The notes below the pieces were generated by a model that searched no databases, was not told the origin of the DNA, and saw only the letters and a program-made list of their open reading frames with translations. Both the position numbers and the translations under genes were made by a program. A stretch of 63,119 nucleotides of DNA, the filler included, from Dicyema japonicum (lineage: Eukaryota; Animalia; Dicyemida), in assembly GCA_011109175.1 (NCBI GenBank). It is 6 parts of 6 records of this genome, joined end to end, with 100 filler letters (N's around TTAATTAATTAA, not from the genome) between each part and the next. Parts side by side here need not be neighbours in the genome. Positions count along the whole stretch, not along the records: positions 12,557 to 42,099 come from RDEW01000008.1; 5 more parts are not named here. One strand, 5' to 3'. Position 1 is the first letter of the stretch, and each line of letters opens with the position of its first letter. Of this stretch, positions 12,557 to 24,690 are shown piece after piece.

Positions 12557-14150
12557 GGTGAAGAGATTCCCAGTCCGCCCAGGCTAACGGGTAGGGTCGC
12601 TTGGTCCCACCCTTGGTCGTCAAATTTCACATTTGTGATACGTTCAATAGTGGTCCGGAAAAGGGAATCGATAGCATTGAGCTATTGCATTTTCAAGTAG
12701 CAGAGTGCCTCCCGAAGAACGTAGTTCAGTTTCTGTGCTTATAAGGCGTTTCTCAGGAGGAATAGGGAGGTGTGTGCGTTCAGCATCTCCAGACGTCTGA
12801 ATGTTGTTTTTAGTTGATGTTCTTTTGATCTTAAAGCGTTACTGATTCCAGCATCAGTAAGAGGGCATCCAAGTATTTCCAGTTGTTCTGATTTGGTTTC
12901 CGTGGCTTTCGGAATGATCTCTCTGAACATACCAAGGATCAGATTACATTCAGGGTGCGGAAATCCAAAATTGGTAACTTCACACTTTTTGGTGTTTAGA
13001 GTTAGGCGTAGGGAATCCAATTGTACTATCAGACTTTTCAAACAATCTAGTACATCCTTCGGATGGCCGCACATGGTGCAATCATCCAAATACCATATTC
13101 TCAGAGGAGTGGAACAATATCCTGTGATACGGGCAATTCCCAGGCTGAACAAGGCAGGCCCCAGTGGGTCTCCTTGTTGGACTCCAGAAGACGATGGAAT
13201 CTTCACAACCCACCGGTGTGCCGACCCCTATTTGGGTTGGTTGTAGCTGTGTTGTCAGCGTAGGCAGGATTGCTCTGTATACAAGCTTTGAGGCCAACCA
13301 ACGGAAGACCAGGCCGACTGCAATAGGGCGTATTCCACCTTCCTTCTTGTAGAATGCGATTAACCTTGCGGAACACATCACGTGTCGAATTGTTTGTGGT
13401 AGTGTTCAGACGGATCAATTATACATTGCTGATCTGCAAAGATCCTCACCGGAGCTCGGATATCACCGTCCGAAAGTTTTCGAAGGATCGCACTTCTTTA
13501 TCTCTGAGTGTCAGAGATAGTCGATGTTAGTTTCTCGTGGTTTTAAAAATTGTAGGTGAGCTTTTCTGAATCTGCCAATAGGTTCATTGAGAAGAGTGTG
13601 TGGGAATTCTCCTTTACTAATGACGTAAGTGATTTCTTTTCTTTCCCCCTCCTATGGGGTATGTATAGTGTGAATGGAGCGAAGCAAAATAATCGTAACC
13701 AATCATCAGAGTCGTCCGAAGAAACTGCCCTTTCAATACACTCAAATAGGCAGTTCGCGACAGATTTACGAGCAGCTTTGGGGATCTTCAAGAGTCTTCG
13801 TGTGTGTCTCAGGTTTGAGGAGAGTTTGTCGTATTTTCTGGTAGGGAACAAAACCGACAGTGCCAATCGGAAATGGCAGCCAGAACTCTTTTAGTTATTC
13901 CTGCACATAACATGTGGAAGCCATATGAACAAGCTGTGCAATGGATCATCCTTTTTCTTTTGTTCATTATGTTGCACTTTGTGCAGATCTCATCTTTTTT
14001 TGCAGTTTTCTGCATGTTCTTTTCTGATTTTCCTTTCTTTTTCTCTTCTTTTTCTCTTATCAACAAAACGACCACAACGACAACCGATGCGTACTTGCGT
14101 TGAGACTGACGTGAACTTTGATTTGACCCTTTCAAGGTCATAAATGTAAA
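12557..14150 (-). mobile_element. CRE-clade non-LTR retrotransposon, 5' half (PHD finger plus RT), frameshifted
   Basis: PHD: CTKC..MIHCTAC..FHMLC..WHCRFC. Also KIPKAAR. RT motifs GGIRPIAVG, GVQQGDPLGP, WYLDD. Confidence 0.9.
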
Positions 14151-14480
14151 CATAAAAATTTCAGCTTACAAACGAATTTTTTAAACGATTTTTTGCAATT
14201 TTTGGAAAAATTAATTTTTGATTTAATTTATTTTGAAACAATTTTAGATAACAGAGACTTAGTCAAAAGATTCAAGATCGCCACTGTTGTAGATGGCGAA
14301 TTTATTTTTATTTAATATTTAACATAGCAAAAAGGTTTCAACTATAATTTCCTGAAATGGTTTTTGGGATTTTTAGGAGAATTTCCAGGTAATTAATGTT
14401 CAAAAACCGTGACATTGAAAATTCTCAAAACTTATTCTCAACAAATTGAATATCAAAATGCTATTAACAGTCTTTTTAGA
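14150..14480 (+). pseudogene. Reprolysin-like gene fragment, paralogous to 21830-22690
   Basis: DNA similarity to the reverse complement of about 22440-22680. KRFKIATVVDGEF resembles the first strand of the M12B domain. Confidence 0.45.
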
Positions 14481-15059
14481 TTTTAGAGAGAAATAATATT
14501 CTGTACGTGTATAGAATGGTCAATGATTCCAATAGTCAACCATCATTCTTATCCTTCGGAAGTTACCGAATCTCCTTTTCCTCTGAGGTTCAATAAGAAG
14601 ACCCCTTTTGACTTCTATTCTCTTTTTGAATCGAGAGAATCACTGAAACTCTTGTTTCACCCCCCAACCTATAGTATCTAGCAGTAAGTTAAACCATGCA
14701 TCTCGTTCATGGGGCCCATTTATCTCTTAGACAAATTCCAAAAAAATCGAAGTTAGCCAAAATAGCGCTTTAAAAATTACGAAAATATGGACTTCTGGAA
14801 CGTCCCAGTCTCCGATGCCTCTGGAATCTTTAATGCGTAAGAACCGAGGAACGTGCAATTGCGACTGCGAGAAACCAGATAAACGGCCGATGCGTACTCG
14901 CGTGAGCTCAAGAGAGGTTTCATAGTGCCAAGCTGAAGTCCTTTTTGGAGTGTACTGGGATCACGTGATTAGTTAGTCTTTGAATTTTTTCGATTCATTT
15001 TCATTTCAGAAACACAAAAAAGGAATTATTAACAAAACTAATTAATTGATCCTGGTTCC

Positions 15060-15400
15060 GCTTATCCTGTGATTATCAATAGACCTTACCATTCCCCAGA
15101 AGTGTCTGCTCTTGTTACTACACAACGTCTAGCAAACACAACATCGACCACTAGCGACCACTGTGTTCTATTGACACCACTGAAGACTTCGAGCACACAA
15201 ATTTTAATCGATGACAGGTGGATGTTCGCTGTGAATTTTTTTACCGCACATCAGAATACTATCAAAAGTAGAATGTCCCCTTGGCAAGAGCCAAATAAAA
15301 GAAAATTTTCCTGGAGAGAATGCGAAAGACGAAGGCTTATCAGAATTTGATGAAATGAAAAGAATAATTAATTAATTCGCACACAAACGTAAGGCCAAAC
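15060..15400 (+). mobile_element. LINE endonuclease C-terminal fragment
   Basis: TTSDHCVLLT (SDH motif of APE endonucleases). Confidence 0.5.
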
Positions 15401-16019
15401 ATTCAGAATGCTTATGTCACATCGCTGACAAGTTTACATTCTTGGTAAAGCTGGATTCAACTGATATTGAAAACAAGTAATTGAGACTGACGTGAACTCA
15501 TCTTCTCTCTTCGAAGAAATCGTTTACTGTCTTACATTTTTTTGAAGTGAGAACAGAACTTTTCCGAAAAATTCAAAAGATTTTTTGCTTCATTAGTTGA
15601 GCATGGCTGGGATGTTTTTCCAACTTTATGCATTAAATATCGTTTACTATTCACAGTTTGCAACTCAATTAATAACTGTGAACGTTTTTATTTAAAGTAA
15701 AAAAATACAACATAGTTATGGTCTTTGATGTCAGCGCCTCTAAGTGAAAGAAGATGTAATACAGACTTTTGTTGATAGCAAAGAGCGATTTGACATGGAA
15801 GTAAGTCACTTTTTGTTTTATTAAATTTATGAACCAGAAAAAACNAAGTAAAAAAATACAACATAGTTATGGTCTTTTATGTCAGCGCCTCTAAGTGAAA
15901 GAAGATGTAATACAGACTTTTGTTGATAGCAAAAAGCGATTTGACATGGAAATAAGTTACTTTTTGTTTTATTAAATTTATTGAAGCAGAAAAAACACCC
16001 TCATCTTCAGAATGAAAAA

Positions 16020-16260
16020 AATCCCGGCCTCCTTCAGCAGTTTGAGCATTCTCAGACTTGAAGGATGTGTCCAGGGGAACTCCACTGGATGGTTGTCGAT
16101 TAATGGTTTTCTTTGGATATAATTTAGGAATATATCAGGCGCCATCAGAGATGGTAAACCACAAGACTCACACTAACAATTCAAGCTCCCTGGTAACAAA
16201 AAGGTAAGAGAAAGAACAGAAGAAACAAACAAAAAAATCTTCAATTTAAGTATCCAAATA
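16020..16260 (+). repeat. Dispersed repeat, probable retroelement 5' region
   Basis: Matches the reverse complement of about 30120-30356 (ATCCCGGCCTCCTTCAG...GATGGT.AACCACAAGA). Confidence 0.7.
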
Positions 16261-16899
16261 GCACCACACTAATGTTGGAGCCATGTGGCATTTTAAGTTA
16301 GTTATGAGGGGCATTTTATACACTAACTCCGGCACGCCCCTGCATGTTGGAAAAATGTCGGGAGATCGGAAGTAATCATAACAAAAACTAACTTCTCAAA
16401 CAAATGAGAGTGAATGTCAAAAAAATCTACCGGTATTAGAATGAGTCGTTTTTGGACATTCCAGGTTTTAAAATTGGTGCATTAATCGAATTTTTCAAAA
16501 TGTTTGAGACGGTTGCGTGTTCAAAAAGTAATTGTAAAAATCAATTTCGCTTTGGGTCCCAAATACTTCTTGTGACGTGCATACACTCTATCGGAGTCAC
16601 AGGTACTCGAATTCAGTAAGGAACAGATTGTCTTCTGTACTTGTTCTAGAGTGAAAAAAGTAATATTGGGAATTCGTCTGTAATGGTAATATTGATCCTA
16701 AAACTTATCAATACATTGATAAGAATTTGAGATGTTAAGTTTTTTTATGCAGTTAATAGTCCCTGTATTATGCGTTCTTAACTTTTTAAGAATATTCTTT
16801 TTCTTTATGATAGTAAGTGTGTGAACATAATCTGACCTTATATTCGTCATCTGCGTCCAAGAATTTGAAAATCCACATACATAGTTAAGCTCGCCTGGT

Positions 16900-17720
16900 T
16901 CCATTTCACAAAAATTATAATTTCATCGTTTAATGGTGCTACAACTTTGATTTTTGAGTCGTATAAAATGAGGTTATGGCTAATTGGTAAACTATATGTG
17001 CTGAGGGTCTTTTTATAGAAATCTGGGCTGTTGAGGATGCTCAGGTCACCTAGAAAGTTGATGATAGATTGTTTTGACTGTGAACCATAGTGGGTGTTTT
17101 CTGTTCAGATCACCACAGATGAAGATGTTCTTTAATTCTTGTAGCCTCAATATGTTGGGATTGTATGACGGAGTAAACGACCCACTGGGTAGAATGTGGA
17201 CATTCATAAAGGTAGGCCGTACTGCATGTGAGAGCGAGGTCTCAACAGAGATCTGCCCTAATGTTCGATCACCCTCCCACAGAAAATTGACAAACATCAG
17301 TGAATCCAATTCTAACAATCGTTGGAAGACCTGCACCAGAACTCCTGTCCTAGTCATTGCGGACTACCACATAGTCAGAAAGAATGGCATGAAGATTGAC
17401 TTTGTTAACTTCGATTCTTGAATTACCGCAATGTCTACTTTTTCATTCTGTATCTCTAGAAATTAGCTTTTGATTACGTTCACGTTTAGATGTAAGATGA
17501 GCAGGAAGGTACACGGGATGGCGTTGTGTTCTACGTACCCATAGAGCACATTAGCTTTTGATTACGTTCACGTTTAGATGTAAGATGAGCAGGAAGGTAC
17601 ACGGGCTGGCGTTGTGTTCTACGTACCCATAGAGCACAATCTGCAGACAAAGAAAGAAGGGGAGCCACCCCATTCAACGGTGTGACAGGGTAGGGGGATG
17701 GAATGGTCCATCAGTATTTG
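16900..17720 (-). mobile_element. Jockey/I-group LINE, endonuclease region
   Basis: LLILHLNVN, VDIAVIQESKL, ICGDLNRKHPLW. Confidence 0.8.
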
Positions 17721-17874
17721 CTGGAGGACGAATATTGTCACAGTCGTCCAAGGTACCTCATTATCACACTGAGAATTAATCTTAGTCCATATTAGACTAC
17801 CAAGTTATTCCCTCATAATTGAGCAATGTTTGTCAACAGCTTCGATTCTCGATAAGTCAAGAACACTTTTAATG

Positions 17875-17965
17875 TCATGCCTTGGATTAATTAACGTTAC
17901 AGTTCTTAATTTTTAAAATAAAGTTTAAGTTCTGTATAACGTGGATTCAAGTAATGGAAACATTA
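17875..17965 (+). repeat. Short repeat related to the SINE 3' tail
   Basis: Matches 25785-25870 (ATGCCTTGGATTAATTAAC...GTGGATT.AAGTAATGGAAACA). Confidence 0.65.
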
Positions 17966-19019
17966 CCTACACCTCCCTCTGTGTTTTTTGTGGCTGAAGA
18001 ACTTGACTCTGTGACGACCTACAATGACTCAAATCACCAGAACTCAAGGGGTGGAGAAAATTACCTACAAATGGCCGTCTCATCATCGTATATGAGTGTT
18101 TTGCTATTATCCCGCGTTTGTTTGGATGACCATCGACCACTTCTGACCAGTTGTTCAAACTTAGATCCCGTTGGTTATGTCCTGTCAGACATCATAGAAG
18201 CGTTTTATGGCCTAATAAATCCCTTCTTTTAAATGAAAAGTTTACATTGGAATAGTCTTAGAAGATATGACACTTCTCTTAGAGACATCTGTGAGAAGTG
18301 CATGTATCCGTATGGAGAAAATAGTATGATTTTAAGTAAAATAATATTTAGAAAAAAAACTTCTAATCGGCCAAGTTCAAATATGAGGAGAATCGTGTCT
18401 TNTTTCTTTTAAATGAAAAGTTTACATTGGAATAGTCTTAGAAGATATGACACTTCTCTTAGAGACATCTGTGAGAAGTGCATGTATCCGTATGGGGAAA
18501 ATAGTATGATTTTAAGTAAAATAATATTTAGAAAAAAACTTCTATTCGGCCAAGTTCAAATATGAAGAGAATTGTGTCTTTCAAAAAATGGAATATAAAT
18601 GCTCTCCAGCGAGATATGGGGGGGTCTTGTAGATTGTTTTATAGCTTGTCTTGTGATCTTTTCTCTAATGAAAATTTAGTGTCCGCTCTCAATGTATTTC
18701 AGAGTAGAAATATAGTTCTACTTTTCTTAGTCAAGAAAAACCATTCCTCACATCCATAAATTAAAGTTGGAATAATTATCTCATGAAATAGATATGTTTG
18801 CTAAATGACGGGTAGCTTTTTAATAAATTGAAGGTCTTGGCGAGCTTTATTTTCTCACTCTGATGTCTTCCATATATATTCCACCAAGGTCAATTTATAC
18901 TCCTAAATAACCTAGTTAAAGTATGCAAGTTCTTTACCTGAAGTATGTATGAAAATATTTAATGGTATTGGGCTCACCGATGAACCCTATGGGACCGCCT
19001 GATAGGTGAGTCCTTATTG

Positions 19020-20160
19020 GAGTGATTTCCTTAGCTTTAAAAAAACTCGTTTCCAGTAAAGAAATTTTTATTCCAACTAAATAGATAGTTCAGAACATCC
19101 CCTCAGGCTGAGATAGTATGGCTTCATGCCAAACACTGTTAAANAGGGATTTCCTTAGCTTTAAAAAAACTCGTTTCCAGTAAAGAAATTTTTATTCCAA
19201 CTAAATAGATAGTTCAGAACATCCCCTCAAGCCGAGATAGTATGGCTTCATGCCAAACACTGTTAAATGTCTTGGAAATATCCAGACATAGTAGGATAAG
19301 AAGCCTTCTGTACATTTGAATTAAGCAGGAATAAACAATCCCCACAAGACCATCATGGACGAAAGCCCCATTGGTGCCGGAGCAAGAAAGCCCCATCTTC
19401 AATTTACCGAAACAAACGCTTAAGGATAATACTCTTGATTATCTTCGAAATAGAGCATNNNNNNNNNNNNNNNNNNNNNNNNNNNNNNNNNNNNNNNNNN
19501 NNNNNNNNNNNNNNNNNNNNNNNNNNNNNNNNNNNNNNNNNNNNNNNNNNNNNNNNNNNNNNNNNNNNNNNNNNNNNNNNNNNNNNNNNNNNNNNNNNNN
19601 NNNNNNNNNNNNNNNNNNNNNNNNNNNNNNNNNNNNNNNNNNNNNNNNNNNNNNNNNNNNNNNNNNNNNNNNNNNNNNNNNNNNNNNNNNNNNNNNNNNN
19701 NNNNNNNNNNNNNNNNNNNNNNNNNNNNNNNNNNTCTGTGTTTTTTATGGCTGAAGAACTTGACTCTGTAACGACCTACAATGACTCAAATCACCAACTG
19801 GAGGGATTTCCTTAACTTTAAAAAAACTCGTTTCCAGTAAAGAAATTTTTATTCCAACTAAATAGATAGTTCAGAACATCCCCTCAGGCCGAGATAGTAG
19901 GGCTTCATGCCAAACACTGTTAAATGTCTTGGAAATATCCAAACATAGTAGGATAAGAAGCCTTCTGGACATTTGAATTAAGCAGGAATAAACAATCCCC
20001 ACAAGACCATCATGGACGAAAGCACCATTGGTGCCGGAGCAAGAAAGCCCCATCTTCAAATTACCGAAACAAACGTTTAAGGATATTACTCTTGATTATC
20101 TTCGAAATAGAGCATCCAAGACTGATTGGTCTATAGTTCAGTGACTCCCTTATCGATTTC
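19020..20160 (-). mobile_element. LINE RT fragment, duplicated around assembly gaps
   Basis: LLCLDISKTFNSVWH (RT motif) present twice. Confidence 0.75.
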
Positions 20161-20194
20161 ACTAGGTTACAGACAATCCACAATATAGACCTCC

Positions 20195-20480
20195 TTTATA
20201 ATTATTATCATTAAAAAGCACTTCCGAGAAAACATAAAATTAATCTCCTTGTGTTTCGTATTCCGAATCATCCTCTCCGTCAGCCTCGACCATGATCTTC
20301 TGTTGCGCGCTAGTTCTTTTAGGTCATCCGCAAAAGTTAGTCTCAGACCAACCGCCGATAGGTCTTCGTTTAAGATAGTCGGAAGTGTCGTTCTTGGTCT
20401 TACACGGAATCCGACTCCTGTTCGCGCGAAGTAGTTGTAAATTGGACATTTATGGGGACCTGGTAATTTAGACGTGAAAT
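20195..20480 (-). mobile_element. RTE 3' end
   Basis: RPRTTLPTILNEDL..DDLKELARNRRSW, followed by a degenerate (TAA)n tail. Confidence 0.8.
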
Positions 20481-20589
20481 CCCATATTATTCGCACTAAA
20501 ACCAACAAAAATTATCATAAAATAGTTTTAAAAAACCATTCATGCGAGGAGACTTAAATAAAATTCAATTATCGAGAAATCTGGTAAGT

Positions 20590-21130
20590 TTCTTTTTCCA
20601 AAGAAGATTTTTCCCCACTAACTGTTTTGAAAAACAATTCATGCCTCTTCTTGAACCGGTCGAGTCATCCGTTTGACACTTTGAATTTGGTAAAATTTAT
20701 TTTTTGAAATTTTTTTCGCAATCCCTTTATTGTGGTTCCAGAAAGTGGAAAATAATTTTCTCTTAGGCGGTGAAAAGAACTGTACATTAGGTCATCTAAT
20801 AAATATCATTGATTTGAGTACTTTAAATTCAAAAAATTCAGTTTCATAATCTTGAACTGATCCCGCATTCAGAAACGAAATAATATTTTTCTTTATTCGC
20901 GAAATGGTACCTAACACATACAGAATTAAAGATGGACCTTTGATACTTTTATATTTCTTGACTAGTTCTCAGTTTCATAATCTTGAACTGATCCCGCATT
21001 CAGAAACGAAATAATATTTTTCTTTATTCGCAAAATGGTACCTAACACATACAGAATTAAAGATGGACCTTTGATACTTTTATATTTCTTGACTAGTTCT
21101 CTCTCAGATAATTCATACTGTCAAATCGGA
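20590..21130 (-). mobile_element. pogo/Tigger-like transposase N-terminus (psq and CENP-B HTH) with tiny introns, degenerate
   Basis: SERELVKKY..GTISRIKKN, RENYFPLSGTTI, FKVSNG*LDRFKKRH. Introns at 20911-20937 (27 nt) and 20796-20821 (26 nt). Confidence 0.75.
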
Positions 21131-21344
21131 ATTCAACAAGCATCCAACAGTAAAAAATAATTTAAAAGCACACGTGTAAAGTATAATATAAATAAAATAA
21201 TTGTTTAATCAAAAAATAAATTAAATAAATTATAGTGCCCCATAGCGGGGTCATTAAATTCAAATAATTGATATGAGATTCGTCATCAGGAAGATGCCCC
21301 AAAATTCGGGGTCCGACTGATCACCGAAAACAAAAATTAAAACG

Positions 21345-21823
21345 AATCAATACACAGGCAAGGCATCTCTATTTTTTCTAGGCCAGGCACAGTTTCGATT
21401 TGTAATTTGACACACAATTACTGTCTTCCCCTTCTCTTGGGGCAAATGCTTAATTTGGGATGCTGCCTGTACTGACAGCTTTTCCCAGTCGAAACTTTTG
21501 AGGTCGGCAATGAAAGCGGGAGAGGCCGCCCGTTTATATGAAAACTCAAAAATAAAGAAATACAGCAGCCTCCTAAATCGTTTCCATGTACAGCCAGTGG
21601 TCGTCGAGACGAGCGGAGTCTTTGGCCCCAAGACGGTCTCTTTCCTTAGAGCACTTGGTTGTCTATTGACCAAAGCCTCGAGGGAGCGTCGGGAAACCGA
21701 GTGGCTTTTCCAAAGGATATCCCTGGCAGTAGTCAGAGGTAACAGCCACTCGATCATATCCGCTGGACTTTAGAACAATTTTATTGTTATAAATAAATGG
21801 TTTGTTTATTAAAAAAAAAAAAA
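21345..21823 (+). mobile_element. CRE-clade element 3' end with poly(A) tail
   Basis: LIWDAACTD..KIKKY..PVVVETSGVFGP..WLFQRISLAVVRGN. AATAAA and an A13 run follow the stop. Confidence 0.9.
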
Positions 21824-21829
21824 TTTGAC

Positions 21830-22690
21830 ACATGTCCCAAAATTATTAAAATTTTATGTTTATGAATATAAGATTCATTAAGCAATTTTTTATAACAATA
21901 ACTTTCATTCTCTTTGACGTGCTCAAACCCAAGCACGTGGTATAATTCATGAGATAAAATTTCTGAAGTCTTTTCTTTACTGTATCTTTCAAAACAATTC
22001 CCACTGCTTGAGGTGTGCAAACAGTTGCCACTAATGCAATTCCATCTGGATATTTTTCTCATTGATGATTAACTTCTACATCTTCGAAAATTAGTTTGAA
22101 TAATTACTCAAAGAATAAAACTGCGTCTACCACGTTTGAGTAATCTCTAATCATTGAGTATAAAGCAGCATCGTAAGGATTATTTGGCAAAGTGTCGTTA
22201 GTGAAGTATATATTGATGATTAACTTCTACATCTCTGAAAATTAGTTTGAATAATTACTCGAAAAATAAATCTGCGTCTACCACATCTGAGTAATTTCTA
22301 ACCATTGATTATAAAGCAGCATCTTAAGGATTACTTGGAAAAGTGTCGTTAGTGAAGTATATATTTTTAAAATTTAATTCTATTTTGATTCGGTCAAAAA
22401 CTGAATTATGATCAATTATATACTTTATGAGACAGAACATAATATAAACCTTTTTGTTATATTTAAAATATTAAATGAAAACGAATTTGCCGTCAACAAC
22501 AGTCGCGATATCGTATCTTTTAGTTAATTTGCTGTTATCCAAAATTGTTTAAAAATAAATTACCAAAAAATGCATACAATAATGTGTAAAAAGAAAATTA
22601 ATACTCTCAAATAGCAATAAATTGTTAAAAATTCATTTATAAGCTGAAATTATTATGCATTTATTTTTGAAGCGTTTAATATGTCTTTCG
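21830..22690 (-). pseudogene. Reprolysin/ADAM-like (M12B) metalloprotease pseudogene
   Basis: KRYDIATVVDGKF, DGIALVATVCT..AVGIV and the metzincin motif HELYHVLGFEH (21919-21951). Frameshifts and stops present. Confidence 0.7.
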
Positions 22691-22775
22691 GAATTTTGGT
22701 TCCATTCAAAAATTTTGATAAATTCTAAAATTTTGTATGCTCTACAAATGTTTTTATACCACATTAGAGTACGTA

Positions 22776-22940
22776 TTGTCTAGAAAGGACACTCACACAA
22801 GAAAAAGAAAAAAAGAAGTGAAGATCATTCCTTGGTTCTACGATTAGTTAAAATTAACTGTTCTTTACTTAAATAAAGTGTGTGTCCTGCCTATGCGGAG
22901 CTATAAAATACTATGGTTCTCGTGAAAAGGCTTTATTATT
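22776..22940 (+). mobile_element. 5'-truncated SINE copy with 13-bp TSD
   Basis: Near-identical to the reverse complement of 50376-50545. (TTA)n tail. TSD ATTAGAGTACGTA at 22763-22775 and 22941-22953. Confidence 0.9.
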
Positions 22941-23049
22941 ATTAGAGTACGTAAAGCCTTTTTGAAATTTATTAATTATAGAAACTTATTTATTCAAAAA
23001 ATTTTATTATAGAACAGAACAATCCAGATAACTATTTTTAATTTGTTTT

Positions 23050-23620
23050 GGCTTCCCACTAAGAAAGATTTTATAAAACCCTTTATTATTGTGCATTATC
23101 CACAGCATATACGTGCTGTTCTTTCGTGAATAGCGATCGATTAATGATGCGAATTAATAATCTATGAGATAATCGACTAAACGATAACGAAAAACATGTG
23201 AAATTGACTAATTTTGTCCATCAAATTATGCATATTAACCTTTTTCCTTAAATGTAAAATTATTCAAATCTTCTATTTGCGAAAATGATCTAATTCTNTT
23301 GACTAATTTTGTCCATCAAGTTATGCATATTAACTTTTTCCTTAAATGTAAAATTATTCAAATCCTCTATTTGCGAAAATGATCTAATTCTTTGCTTATA
23401 ATTGACAAAAATTAGAATTTCATGACTAGTAATAATAATACCAAAGACCACGGTTACACAAACTATCAAATCACACAGGGACTTCGGTTTGCCCGATGCT
23501 CTTCCCTCTACCCAAAACAAGCTTCTAGTAGTTGTTAACTGTTTGGGTAGTTAAAAATAAAAATTTTCTTGAGTGAGCTGAGTTCCCTGATTTTCAAATA
23601 ATTCCATTTATGTTCAGCTG
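23050..23620 (-). pseudogene. Possible ionotropic glutamate receptor-like fragment
   Basis: KPKSLCDLIV..FGIIITS..SQIEDL resembles PRSLSGRIV..FTLIIISS..IESAEDL, but SYTANL is not recognisable. Confidence 0.3.
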
Positions 23621-23699
23621 AAGAGCATTAAATTGATTTTCTCTTCAATGGGCTAAAATTCTTTCTGTGAATGTACAATCTTCCATGAAATACATCACC

Positions 23700-24680
23700 C
23701 AGGGACGGGAATGTTCCAAGGAGGAGGGGGTCTAAATTTCCTTTTTTGGCGGACATTAGGTGCCCCTGGTGGTTTCCAAATCTATTTGAATCGGTAGACC
23801 ACATAACGCCACGCTAATTAATTAGGAGTACGAAGTTGCAACCGGTAATTGATCGCAAACCCATATTTTGAGTTTTTGAAGTTTTTGCAGATTAGAGTGG
23901 GAAACACGGTGGACTAACTGGAACTAGTGTAGATTATAGTAATTTTGACCGACTGTTTGAAAATAAGTTTACGAGTGTTCTTTTCGTATCCAAATATGAC
24001 ATCAGAAAAAGCACAGAGAGCATTAAGTTTGCGTCTGAGCTTCAGGATGATAGGGTCCATGTGGGAAGAGAAAGGAAAGGATTGGTCATAAATGATCCAT
24101 ATTATTTTTGCACTTTTTGTGACAGGGAAAACTTTTCCAAATATCTTCACTTCAGGTTGGTTATTGAACTGTCGACGATCGGAGGCAAAAACTGTAATGT
24201 TTGATTTCGGCGTGGAAGCCATGATGAGTAAGTTGATAGCCATGATGTTATAATATCGAGATGTGATTGTTACCTTGTCGGGACTCTATCATGTTATTGT
24301 GTGTTTGAAAGAAATTATCCGATCATCTACTAAGATAATGTGAAAGCTTCTTGTTTAGATGGATATCGCTTAAACAAAGGTTGAATAGTGAGGGAGATAG
24401 GGAAGAGCTTAGCGAAACCCCATGTGGTAAACAACTGGCATAAGATTTCATTGACATCACAATTCATTCAACTAGAATGAAAAGACTATTTCTACAAAAT
24501 TTGCGGGATTCCGATAATATAATCTTGTTTGAAACCACGTGTCATGAAGTTATATCAAAAGCTTTGTTTATATCGATAGAAACAGAGATGGATATTGAAT
24601 CCTTGGATTAATTATCAACCTGAAGGAAATATTGAATGCACAGTGTCTATGAATATTGGGTTGTAACACATTCCTTTAAC
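23700..24680 (-). mobile_element. Jockey/I-group LINE RT region, degenerate
   Basis: LIQGFN, IDINKAFD, LVDD, PKSNITVF..KIIWIIYDQSFPFSSH. Confidence 0.75.
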
Positions 24681-24690
24681 AAAAATAAAA

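Noticed and set aside
15690-15960. Small GTPase fragment (MVFDV..LLIAKSDL)
   Set aside because: No P-loop, stops present, and spacing is too short.
17970-18230. Tc1/mariner transposase end (SCSNLDPVGY ~ SPDLNPLDY)
   Set aside because: Single weak motif and no TIRs, so it is too degenerate to call.
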